Shown piece after piece: positions 51,976 through 63,100 of a stretch of 64,000 nt of DNA (within the stretch, counting starts at the first letter, position 1; the number at the start of each line of letters is the position of its first letter). A model generated the notes under the pieces. It was not told where the DNA came from, did not search any database, and worked only from the letters and a program-made list of their open reading frames with translations. Where the stretch lies: contig OX597814.1 in assembly GCA_951406725.2 (NCBI GenBank), positions 98,022,001 to 98,086,000 on the forward strand, given 5' to 3'. Origin of the DNA: Octopus vulgaris. Taxonomy: Eukaryota. The position numbers were made by a program, and so were the translations under genes.

Positions 51976-51976
<1 letters not shown>
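51299..51976 (+). mobile_element. SINE family A interrupted in its internal (TA) run by a palindrome
   Basis: Head 51299-51470, tail resumes near 51800. Confidence 0.82.
51476..51653. repeat. 178 bp near-perfect palindrome made of two head-to-head hammerhead-like motifs
   Basis: Centre GGG|CCC at 51564/51565; about 4 mismatches between arms; each arm GATAR CTGAAGA ... GAAA atcggag TT TTAYC. Confidence 0.9.
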
Positions 51977-52069
<93 letters not shown>

Positions 52070-52085
52070 GGCATATATGTATATA

Positions 52086-52780
52086 CTAGCTGACGTACAC
52101 GGTAATTCCCGCGAAAGCGAGATTTATCCCTTGGTTCCGTTCTCATAATTGTTTCAGTAATCTAATAACTACAATACAAAGTATGTAGCCCTTAAATCGG
52201 TTGTTGTGCATTTACAGAGAGTACGGAACTATCCTACACAGGATCTTGTTTTTATGAATTCCTAATAAGTTATGTTTACCCAAATGGTGAAGTCAGTTAT
52301 GTAATAACATGAAATTAGTTACTCGATAGTAAGAATTTAAATAAAGTATCCCCGAAAAGGGCTTTAATGCGTTCCTAGATTATATAGAATTAGGAGGAAA
52401 TACTAACGAGGTATGTATACTAAAATCGTGAAGCATATTACGTAATAACAGTCTAATCAGATATGAGATAATAACAACTTAAAGTAAATAACTCTGAAAA
52501 GGGCTTTTGTGCGTTCCCAGAGAATATTACCCTCCACGGCGCTAGTGTTGGTATATTCATGAATAAGTCACTAACCGAAATAAGTGGATCTATTGTTTAG
52601 GAAAATACTATTTACTTGTTTAAGTACTGCTTAGTATTGTTTAGGAAAATACTATTTACTTGTACTGGATAAATTGCGAAAATAACAGTTCAAATACTAA
52701 GAAATAAGCATACTCGGTTTCATTTTTGCCAAATAATTTAGTAACATGAATGAGTTATTTCCCTTGGCTATATATAAGGA
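52086..52780 (-). mobile_element. Non-autonomous Helitron
   Basis: Minus strand A|TCCTTATATATAG ... cgcgggaattaccgtg hairpin ... CTAG|T. Confidence 0.72.
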
Positions 52781-52916
52781 TCCCTTCCAGGGGCGAATGG
52801 GTCATTTCCCTTGGTTTTGAAAATAAAATGTATTAGATATAAAGAAGGATCTCTCCAGGGGTTCTATTATCGATTTTATGAAGTCATAAATTGAAACTGA
52901 TTTGAAAATCGGAAAT

Positions 52917-52960
52917 CCACCTGACGAATGTCATTTGAAGACATGAAACAATTGTAGTGG
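52917..52960 (+). ncRNA. Intact minimal type I hammerhead ribozyme
   Basis: CCAC CTGACGA ATGTC atttgaa GACAT GAAA CAATTG TA GTGG. Confidence 0.9.
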
Positions 52961-53044
52961 CGGTTTATTTACTTTTTATTAAAATTTTATGTATTGATTA
53001 AGTCTTTCCTTGTTTGTTTTGCAAAATAGTGGTTTTGTCTCGAA

Positions 53045-53110
<66 letters not shown>

Positions 53111-53114
<4 letters not shown>

Positions 53115-53310
53115 GGCAACAACCCTGAAACATGTCTCCAGATGTCTGACTAGCAAGGTGAAGCGGCTGACCTCCCCTGTTCGAAGGTTGTAATGGACGC
53201 AGGTTCGTGTGTCATATAGCTAGCTAGAGGCGATGGCCTCTTGGAGCTAATCAGCGACAGCTTTAGTCTTATATTTATAAGACTGCCATATTAGTATGGC
53301 GATAACTATT
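53111..53310 (+). mobile_element. 5'-truncated copy of the 38658 HHR repeat between (TA)n runs
   Basis: Starts aaAGGGcaacaaCCCTGAAACATGTC (stem II onward). Confidence 0.85.
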
Positions 53311-53322
53311 AATATATATATG

Positions 53323-53375
<53 letters not shown>

Positions 53376-53524
53376 ATATATGCACACATACACACATATA
53401 TATTCCCATACTTGTCTAGGCTACTTTTCAATTTTTGTATTATTTTATATTATATTATATTTTGCAATGTTGTAAAAATATTATATTTCACAAAATATAA
53501 TATGATATAAATTAATATAATATA

Positions 53525-53561
<37 letters not shown>

Positions 53562-53563
<2 letters not shown>

Positions 53564-53806
53564 CTTTTACTGGTTTCAGTCCAGGGCTGAGTAATGCTGG
53601 TGCACCATCTGTAGTAACTTGGTGTTGTTTGTGGTATTGTTTTTGGTGAAGCAGCGAGTTGGACGGAGCTGCTCTTCTTCGCGTCTCCTGCCGCGATGTA
53701 GGTTCATCTGGTATCTCAGATAGAAACTTGTCCAGGCGTTCCTTGAAAACTTCCACATCAACACTGTAAGGTTGTCTGGCAGGATGTTGAACAATTGTGG
53801 GCCCAT
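53562..53806 (-). mobile_element. CR1-group LINE 3' end
   Basis: GPQLFNILP, VFKERLDKFLSEIPDEP...SNSLLHQ; tail ggtgcaccagcattactcagccctggactgaaacc. Confidence 0.88.
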
Positions 53807-54444
53807 TTATTTATGTGTGCATATGTGTACGTTTATATAGATTTATTCCATGTTTAACGTTGTGTATAAGAAAGTGTAGCTGTGTGACAGTTTTGTCACA
53901 TACACACACACACGGCTGCACACATATAGAAACACAAGCACATACACATCCTGGACGCCTTCCCCACTCATATACATACCATTTCGCATTCACCTTTCCC
54001 TATTGAGACATGTGCAGTCATGTTTTCCTCACTCAGTCTGCAATCACTTGGATATCAAAATAATTTACAATTAAATCATTTGGTGGTGGAGGACTTCAGA
54101 TCATTAAATATATAGCTTTTACTGTTTTTAACTTGTTTTGGCATTTATCTACCAACTCTGAACGCATAGAGACTCAAACTACCTTCTGAATTTTGTACTG
54201 TTTTCAAATCTTTGAGGCCAGAAAGAAGAGAGAGAAGAGTATTTTGCCCGACTTGAAAGACTGACAAGTGTTTAACTATATACCTTCGTTCCCTCGCGCA
54301 TTTATGCTAATCGTTTTGCGCAGTGTCTCATTAATTAATGTTGTTGAAAAAAAAAGTTACGAACTGTTTTAGTACAACTGTTTTAGTATTATTTCATATT
54401 ATATTATGTTTTGCAATGTTGTAAAATTTTTTAAAAAAATGTCA

Positions 54445-54667
54445 TTGAAACAGGCTCCCGTGGCTTTTATGGGTTTTTCCACGAGTAACCCTTCGAAGCG
54501 CCTCCCCTTATTGGGAGTTTTAATTGTTACTTATATTTAGTTGTTATCCTGCTTTTGTACACGGATTTTTTTCAAACGGACAAACCCCTTTGTAACTTTC
54601 GTCCTGTGTTTTGTCCCTTTATATTTTAATTGATTTTTGTTAGCCCTTGTGGCCAATAAACGAATTA
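54445..54667 (+). mobile_element. Probable 3' UTR of an L1/Tx1-type element
   Basis: Ends tttgtccc...tagcccttgtggccaataaacgaat, like the 60788 element and the SINE B tail. Confidence 0.55.
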
Positions 54668-54680
54668 ATTATTATCATCA

Positions 54681-54712
<32 letters not shown>

Positions 54713-54715
<3 letters not shown>

Positions 54716-56839
54716 TAGTTTTATTTTTATAGCGTGCTTTCACTTCACTACCGAGCGCAGCTCTGTGTGCCTTGGGTATGTGCTGTGATTTGTTGTGATG
54801 CTCTGATGGTTATTGTATGGAAAGTGTTCTGCGTAGGATGTGTGCAGTGCCTAGTAGTGCAATTTTCTGTATGTTATATGTGTTTGTAAGTCCTGGTGTT
54901 TTTGTTATGTATTTGTCTGAATATTTTTTTATCATGCCTAATGCACCTACTATGATAGAAATTGTTTCTGTTTTCAGGTTCCACATTCGTGTTACCTCTA
55001 TTTCCAGGTCTTTGTATTTTGAGAGTTTCTCCATTTCTTTTAGAGACACGTTGTCATCTGCCGGTATTGATACATCAATTAGAAAGCATTTTTTTCTTCA
55101 TGATCTCTGACAACTATATCTTGTCTGTTGGCCTTAATTTCTCTATCTGTGTGTATCGGCATATCCCAGAGTATGGTTGCTTTCTCGTTTTCTGTGACCT
55201 TTTCTGGTGTGTGCCTATACCATCTTTTTTCTGTTGTTATTCCATAATGTTGGCATAGCTTCCAATGTATGTAGGTTCCAACTCTGTCATGTCCGTGAAT
55301 ATATTCCTTCTTAGCCAGGACTGGGCAGCTAGAGATAATATGATTTATTGTTTCTTGTCCATCTCCACATATTCTGCAGTTACTTGTAATATTTCTTTTC
55401 ATTACATGTTTTTGGTAATTTCTGGTGGGGAGGCTTTGGTCTTGTGCTGCAATTAAAAATCCCTCTGTTTCTGCTTTGAGTCCTGAGCTTCTCAACCATT
55501 GCTGGGATTTTTCTTTGTCTATTTCTTTTGCGTTTAGTTTAGTGCAGTATTTACCATAAAGGGGCTTTTCTTGCCATCGTTTTATCATGGCTCGTTGCTG
55601 TTCTATTTTTAGTTTGGATTTCATTTGTTTTATAGCTTTTGTTGTTTCTTCATCATCTTCTTCTTCTTCTTTGTGTTTATTAGATGGTATGATTTCTTGT
55701 TTGTATTTGTCGGCTTCCTTAAATACTGAGAACAGTTTTTTGTTTTGCTCGTGTTTTGCTGCTATCTGGATCAGTTTTCCTTCCTTCTGAAGTAGGTATT
55801 TTTGCAGTCCTATGGTGGTTATTTTATAGTAGTTTTCCAGCTGTATAAGGCCTCTACCACCTTCTATACGTTGTATATATAGTCTTTCTATGTCAGATTT
55901 TGGGTGATGCATCCTAGATCCTGTCAGTATTTTTCTTGTTTTCCTATCTATTTTGGACAGTTCATTTCGTGTCCAGTTAAGGATATTGTAGCTGTAACTT
56001 ATAACTGGGACAGCTAAAGTGTTGATACCTATTATCTTGTTTTTAGCATTGAGCTCTGTTTTTAGTATTGATCTAACTCGTCTATAATATTCTTTTTTTA
56101 TTTTCTCTTTCATTTGTGTGTGTTGTGTCTTATCTAGTTCATGGATTCCTAAGTATTTGTAAGTTTGGCTTTGGTCTAATTCTTTTATTTCATCGGTTTT
56201 ATCTAGTGTGATGTTGTTACTCTTAACTAGTTTTCCTCTTTTCATGGTTACTTTGGCGCATTTTTCTAATCCAAATTTCATATATATTTCTTTGGTAAAT
56301 CCATGAACTGTCTTTAATAGTGTTTCCAGCTGTTTGTCATTTGCAGCGTATAGTTTTAGGTCATCCATATATAAAAGGTGGCTGATCGTTTTGCCGTAAC
56401 ATTTATATCCGCATCCAGTTCTATTTAGCATATCAGATAGAGGTGACAGTGCCAAGCAGAAAAGGAGTGGAGAGAGCGTGTCTCCCTGGAATATTCCTCT
56501 TCTAATGGGGATGTCTTTGGTTTTCATGAGTCTCTCTTTTGTTTGGAGGTGTAGGACTGTTTGCCATTTATTCATAGAGTGCTCTATGAATTTTATGATT
56601 GTTGGTGCTACTTTGTTAATGGCTAGTGTTTCGAGGATCCATGTGTGGGGGATGCTATCAAACGCCTTTTTGTAGTCAATCCAGGCCATACTGAGGCCTT
56701 TCTTCTTTCTGTGGCTGTCTTCAGTTACGGCTTTATTAATCATTAGTTGATCTTTACAGCCATATGAGCCTTTGCGGCATCCTTACTGCTCTTCTGGGAA
56801 CAGTTTATTTTCGTCCAGGTGCTTGTTCAGCCTTTGCGA

Positions 56840-56840
<1 letters not shown>
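54713..56840 (-). mobile_element. 5'-truncated R4/Dong-clade non-LTR retrotransposon (RT, CCHC, restriction-like endonuclease) in (TAA)n
   Basis: IDYKKAFDS, GIFQGDTLSP, YMDD, CRIC...H...C, ILWD..IHTD..IKANRQD, EKLSKYKDL; one frameshift in a homopolymer near 55090; (ATT)n at 54682-54712 and 56840-56889. Confidence 0.95.
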
Positions 56841-56888
<48 letters not shown>

Positions 56889-56889
56889 G

Positions 56890-57230
56890 AGTGAGAGAGC
56901 AGTTCATGCCATCAAAGTGACACTGGGGTAAAATATACGAAGCCCAATATACCCATCATGACTACCCGTCTGATAAGGGCACACCAGGCACATGTATCAC
57001 AACCATATGTGCGCGACATGGTGATCTCATATCAAGATAAACAGCACATGACCTTGCAGGTGGGGCCCAGTTAGAATTTTCTTCAGGTTGAGTAGCCCAT
57101 CCCGCTCAAGCGGTCCCTGAATAAGGGTTGTTTAAGGATGTTGAAAGAACTACCCATATTTCCAGAGGTGAATTATTCAAACCCCAAAGAATCCCTTTCA
57201 ACACATGGCTATGATGCTCCCCCACTACTA
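56890..57230 (-). mobile_element. Unclassified GC-richer repeat ending in the same (TAA)n tract
   Basis: Sharp composition boundary at the (ATT)n; no ORF; orientation inferred. Confidence 0.45.
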
Positions 57231-57469
57231 TTCATTGTTTGAGACACACTCAAGAGGTTCCATTGTTACATAAAAATTTAAGAAACACAATTGGGTACTT
57301 CTTGGAAAATATGCGTAAGAATCTTAAAGATTAACAAATCCTGCGTGAGAATAGTCTAAGAGTACTGACAGAACCTAGTTTTCTTTTTAATAGAAAATAA
57401 GTAACTTATATATCTCCTTTCAGTTTACCAATTTACTCTTGGGATACATTTCTTAAATGTCATATTTTA

Positions 57470-57812
57470 ATTTGGTTTTTGTATTTGGGTTGCAGGATTC
57501 ATGATGTGAACTTGCGTGTTGAAACATATTCTGTTGTATCTCGGATGGGTCATTATAGTAATCATAAACACACGCACTGATTCTGTTTCACTTCTATTTT
57601 CTTTGTCTGTTAGTTAACCATTTAACCTCGTGAATAATGACGAAAAGACGATCTAGCTGATTGAGTGACCGAACGATTAATCAAACAATTGATTAGTCAA
57701 TTGGTTAAATAGTTAACCAATAGTCAAATAAAACTTTAAAAAAGTGAAATAGAAACTGGTGTGTGTGCTTATGGTTGACATTATGACTCTCCCGAGATAC
57801 AACAGAATAATA
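57470..57812. repeat. Fold-back repeat related to 30405-30608
   Basis: tattctgttgtatctcgg...gtcat / atgactctcccgagatacaacagaata, plus inner gttaaccatttaacc / ggttaaatagttaac. Confidence 0.72.
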
Positions 57813-59249
57813 TATTTAATTTTATAGCTAAGTTTGTCGAATTCTTTAGCTTTTCACTTCACTTCTTCCCAGCAATATAGTAATTTAATTAGACCCTGTT
57901 AATTATTAAATTGCTGTTATCTTTTTCGCCATGGACAGTGACGTCAAGCTAATGGCTATCTGCTAGTCTGCTTGTATGCTAACGTTCAACAAGCTCTTTG
58001 TATCGTTGTCTTTTAGATATGCATCGGTCTGTCACAGATCATTTTTCGTCAAAGTCTATATATAGAGTAGTTTTGCTGTGTTTTTATATTACTAAATATA
58101 TTTGGTGGGAACTAGCTAATAATGGCCATACTGATAGAATGTAATATATTATTTCAGAAAATATCTCCTTAAAGTGAAACTGGTCTATATTATAAGAATT
58201 ATTGATATTTCCCTCGATGTTCCTCGTTTAGATGACGTCTTCCTGTATGGCAAATGTTTTTGTTGCTCCATTCAGATTGGATTTGTATACCTTAATACCT
58301 TAGCCAGAGTCGCTTAAAAAAGAATTATGTGTGGGACAATCGCTTTACACATATGGGAGTAACCTTGATGATTGTTCATCCTAGGGAGCATATGTATCAG
58401 TAATATATTCTCCCCCCCCTTTTTCTTGCTTTTGTCTTAGCTTTAGTTGTTAGCTTTTCGAAATCTAACCAGATTTATTTAGAGAATTTTTTTTTATATG
58501 ATAAGTAAGTACTACCTTTCGTGCGAGCTTAATCAGCAAGGGTACAGAGTAAGCTTTCAGGTTGTAGACAACAGCGATACCTATCACCTTAAACAGCTCC
58601 TTGAAACTCAATGATCTGCAATCACCTTTTATTGAGATATAGTAATGTCCAGTCACTGAATGTTAAATCTATTATGTAATATGTGCTTATGTGATATTTA
58701 AAAGGCAATTCCTTGTACTATGGTGTTATAGCGGTGATTCGAAACCGAATCCCTAGATACACGATCAGTCATCACGAGCAAGCCACCATAGTTTCACGTG
58801 ATCGGTCTATTATTTTACCAGCCAGACGACTCAGGAAGACTGCTAAGATAGATGACGTAGATAGATGATCAGGAACCTCTGTCGCCACCAAATAACAATT
58901 GTTTTCAAATACGTTGGATAAGCCGCATGTAGCCGTATTAATAGCTTGCCGTATACTCAGAACAGTATATCTCTCCCAATATGTATTATCTTGTAAAACA
59001 TTCACCGGCGTTAATGTTTTTCGTCCTCAAATCAAGGAAACGAGTTAAGTGCCGACCGAAACAACAACAACAGCAACAATTGCAAAGGAAGCAAAAAAAA
59101 AAAAAAAAGAAAATTTTGAAAGGCTATCTCCGCTGCGACCGTCACCACCACCTCAACAGGCGAAATTTTTCTACTAGTGCAAATAAATAACATCAAAGCA
59201 ACCACCAGCAATAACACGAAGACAGGCATTTCGATATGCAGCGCAGGTG

Positions 59250-59920
59250 CAAGTAACAACACACAGTCAGACAGCTGCAAGCTGCAAAAGGCATTTCTTT
59301 TGGAAAGCGCTACAAAAAATATCGAAAAATTCGATCTAAACCAAGACAATTTAAAATGATCAGACAAGTTGTAAAAAAGAAAAAAGAAGACAGGTAATTC
59401 TAAACTTTCAAGCCAACGTGATAAAAACACACACACACACAAAGATGCATATACCTCTCCATCATCAATACATCGAAACAAAACTGCGAGGAGTGGAAAA
59501 TGCAAATGAGGCTCAAATACAAATGTCCCTTGGGCGTATGTAGGAAAGTAAAACCCATATCGAACGAGGTAAAAATAAACAAAATAAAACACGGTACAGT
59601 TGAAGTGAGATCCAAAACAAGCAAAAGCAAGATTCCTTTTCACATTATCAAAAAATAAGGAACTCTGCTTAATACTAACATATCGCGGCCAGCGCCTGGC
59701 AAAAATTAGAATTATAAACGTACCGCCAGAAATAACCATCACCTAGTTGGTGGCGGCCGTCTTGGCCGATACAAAGGATGATGTAACAACCCCGGAGGTC
59801 AATAAAAAACAAAGCAAAACTGATAAGGGATATGTATGGAACTAATTATACAAATAAATCCCAAAAACATACCTGACCTGATCAGTCTCCCAGATACAAC
59901 TATAAAAATAGAAACGTTCT
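59250..59920 (+). pseudogene. Decayed ORF1 homologous to the 60788-62620 element
   Basis: TYRGQRLAKIRIINVPPEITIT*LVAAVLADTKDDV aligns with SYCGRRAVRMRINRISPEFNMERLLAAVLFNCKDGV; KNIPDLISLPD aligns with YNIPEELVYPD. Confidence 0.72.
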
Positions 59921-60640
59921 CCTATTCTTAATAATATTTTTTACTGACTATATTTTACATGCAGCGGCAATACACATAAGTTTGGAATGACAACAAGATT
60001 TCTTTTTAAGATATATACATTATTTATTTTACATATTTTACAATCATGTTTGATGTTGGAAGTTTGTAAGTGTTCGCATGTTTTTGTGTCTGTGTGTTCG
60101 TTAGGCGTAAAAAGGTACTGACCAGTGAAAAGACGATGGGATTTGATTCACAGTTAATGTTGTTGGTATCGGCTTGGCAACAGGTAATAACAGATGGCTT
60201 AAGGTAGTTCTTAGAAGAAACTAGAACCCAAGAACAGATAATTGATTTACCGTTTATGAGGTACACTATAAGAGTCCCATATCAAGATATTGCATGTCGC
60301 AGTTGAGATTAATTGAATCACTCGTTGTGTTTATCTTTCTCTTGATATGAATATACTTCCAGACATGTTACTGTAGCCGTTTTCTTCGTGGCGAGAATTT
60401 CACCTAACCGCTATAGTTGAATCTGTAGTTGTCTCGTGTACAATTTAAATCTTCGATGTTTGTCGATTGGTTCTTGCTGCTTCTTCATTATTTTCTGCTT
60501 GGTTATTTTTCTCTAGTTATAGATATCTTGTAACCGTTTTCTTCATGGTGATATTTCACATTAACAGTATGAGAGGTATCTGTAACATCTTGTATTAATG
60601 GTGGTCGCCTGCCTCGAAACTGGAACTTGGTCGAGTATTC

Positions 60641-60787
60641 TGTGTGGTCAGAGACTTAGTTCTTAAAAGAACTAAAAACCTAAGACGAGCTGTGTGGTCA
60701 GAGGTTTAGCTCTGAGAAGAACTAAAAACCTAAGACGAGCTCTGTGTGGTCAGAGGTTCGCCCTGAGAAGGACTGGAAACCTAAGAT
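60641..60787. repeat. Three ~50 bp tandem units
   Basis: tgtgtggtcagag...aacctaaga x3. Confidence 0.9.
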
Positions 60788-62620
60788 ATTTCTTTATTAC
60801 CCACAAAGGGGCCACGAAGAGGGGGACATTACAAGACGGGACATGGGGTACATAAAGTAAAAATAAAATATGAAGTAAAGATGAATTATATGTAATGAGA
60901 TGGAACGGCTTACGAACCCCCAACTCGCAGTTCCGTTTAAAATACAATTGTACATTTCACAATTACATATATTCCAGTTCAAAATACAATTTTACAGTTA
61001 CATATATTCCAGTTCAAAATACAATAATTTTACAATTTACATTTTAACATTACATATATTCCTGTTCAAAATACAACTTTACATTTTACAATTTTACAAT
61101 TAACAATTTTACTTTTTAACCTTACATATATTCTAATTCTTTTATATTGGACGTTCGTCCGTCATATATTCTAATAGGTCCATATGGTCTATTACATTTG
61201 GTAAATTGTCATACCGTACATAATGCGTTATATGAATAGCATTAAATATCTTTTTTAATTTTGTGTATGTTTCTTTTTCTATAATTGCGCCTTTTACATC
61301 GTCACCATACAGTTTTGGGTTCACCTTCACCCTGACCAACCCTTTCCTACCTGCAAGTCTCTTTTCCACTTCTGTATTCTTGATATACATCACAACTACT
61401 CTCAGGTTTTTTCCTGTAGGCCTTCTTCCATATTTACACGATTCCAACTGCTCGTTCACTCTTGTCTCCCATTCTTGTTCAAACTCTGTCCTTGGCCGCT
61501 CTCTCGCCTTCTCTTTTACTTCCTGTTCTTTGCATGTTCTCTCTTCTTTTTCTTCTGTTATCTTGCTTTTGATTTTTTTCTTTTTTAGAACTTTCGGTGG
61601 TGATTCCACCCTTGTTCTCTTCCTATCTTCTGTTCTTTCCTCCTCTGCACTTGCTCGTTCTTCTCCCGTATCCTCATTTAGCTGCTCCTCCATTCTGTGC
61701 CTCCTCTGCTTTCGCTTCCTCCTGCACTTCTCCCTCCTCTACACACGCATCTTTACACTCCTCTATTACAGCCTCCGGTGCTTTTGTTTTTTCCCGCGGG
61801 CACACATCCTTCATGTGGCCCCTCGATTTACAATTATAGCAGATTGGGGTCTTCCCTCTACCACAACTCTAAGCCGTGTCTCATCAGGGTAGACCAACTC
61901 CTCCGGGATGTTGTACAGGTCTCGCACGGTTATGTGTGCCAGAACCTGCACCGTATATCCCCACCACTTAACCTCTGCTGACTTCTCCACCTTCAACACC
62001 TCCACACCATCCTTGCAGTTGAAAAGCACTGCCGCCAGCAACCTCTCCATATTAAATTCGGGCGAAATTCTATTAATTCTCATCCTCACTGCCCTCCTTC
62101 CGCAGTAACTTGGTAGTAAAGTCCACTTATCCGATTTCAAAATTCTTGTTGCATTCTTTTTTGCTTCATTTTCTGTTTCAAAATATACCACCACCGTGGC
62201 ATATTTCCTTCCTCTTTTGAAAAATGTGGGTTCACCCTCAATTTCCTTCAGACACTTTTCTACTTCTTCCATTTCTGCTACTTCAATTTTTTTCGACTCC
62301 ACACACCATGTCCTGTACGTTATCGTACGCTTCTCCGCGTTGCTTTCTTCCTCCTCGGACGGTGTGACTCTCACGCAGTCACCCTCCCTCTTCAAACTGT
62401 CGAAATACTTTTGTAAAGTCTTCTGTTCGACCGCCACTTCCTCCATTTCCAGTTCACTGGCAACTAGGCCTCTGCCTGCCGCTCGCGCGTAAGTCTGCTC
62501 TTGCATTTTCAAGAATCTCAAGAAAAAAAAACTATTCCACGTCCTCCAACGAACTCGAACTCACAACCTCTTCACAATGACGCACTCGAAATAAACACAC
62601 CAGAATAACTCCAAATAACT
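60788..62620 (-). mobile_element. ORF1-only (HAL1-like) L1/Tx1-related retroelement
   Basis: ORFs 62521-61811 and 61693-61142 are bridged by an out-of-frame ICYNCKSRGHMKDVCP zinc knuckle; no endonuclease or RT follows; ~350 bp 3' UTR ends gcccctttgtgggtAATAAAgaaat. The 5' boundary is approximate. Confidence 0.78.
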
Positions 62621-62699
62621 TACTCAAAGGCTGGAAACGAAAGACGAATATTTTTCTGAGAAACCTTGTTTTATAAGCTTCACCCGGCTCCCAGTGAAC

Positions 62700-63100
62700 T
62701 TCAGAAATGGAAAGCTGGGCTGCTTGGACTATGGCGCGAAAATAAGTCGAGACATTTTGCGCCAAGTTATAACCAGCGGTGCGAGCGTAGTAGAGACCAA
62801 CGTGTCAGCCAATCGAATTAGTGTTTACATCAATGTTGAACTAGCCAAAGCTGTTTGTAATCTCGACCGAGGTCATTCTATATACTCTTCTCAAACAGTG
62901 AAGATAGCACTGAGAGACGATATTGCTACACAACCATCTGTTTGTGACAGTGGAAAGGAGAAAGCCTGTATCACATATGCAGAACTATGATCCATTTAAA
63001 AGTTCTCTTCCTTCAAAGAGTTATAAAGGAAACAAGACATTCACTTTTACCAATGTCACAAATACAGCGCCAACAATCCCATACAGTGGAGAAACTCTCT
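62700..63100 (+). pseudogene. Highly decayed ORF1 relative
   Basis: LFVTVERRKPV.HICRTMIHLK resembles LRVVVEGRP.ICYNCKSRGHMK. Confidence 0.45.

Noticed and set aside
60641-60787. Regularly spaced repeats as a CRISPR array (also the SINE B multimers)
   Set aside because: Units are contiguous without unique spacers, no cas genes, eukaryotic context.
59032-61892. Hydrophobic ORFs 59032-59742 (-) and 61263-61892 (+) as membrane proteins
   Set aside because: Antisense shadows of A-rich ORF1 sequences.
62626-62647. aaggctggaaacgaaagacga as target-site duplication of the ORF1-only element
   Set aside because: Too diverged from aaggactggaaacctaagata relative to the apparent age of the element.
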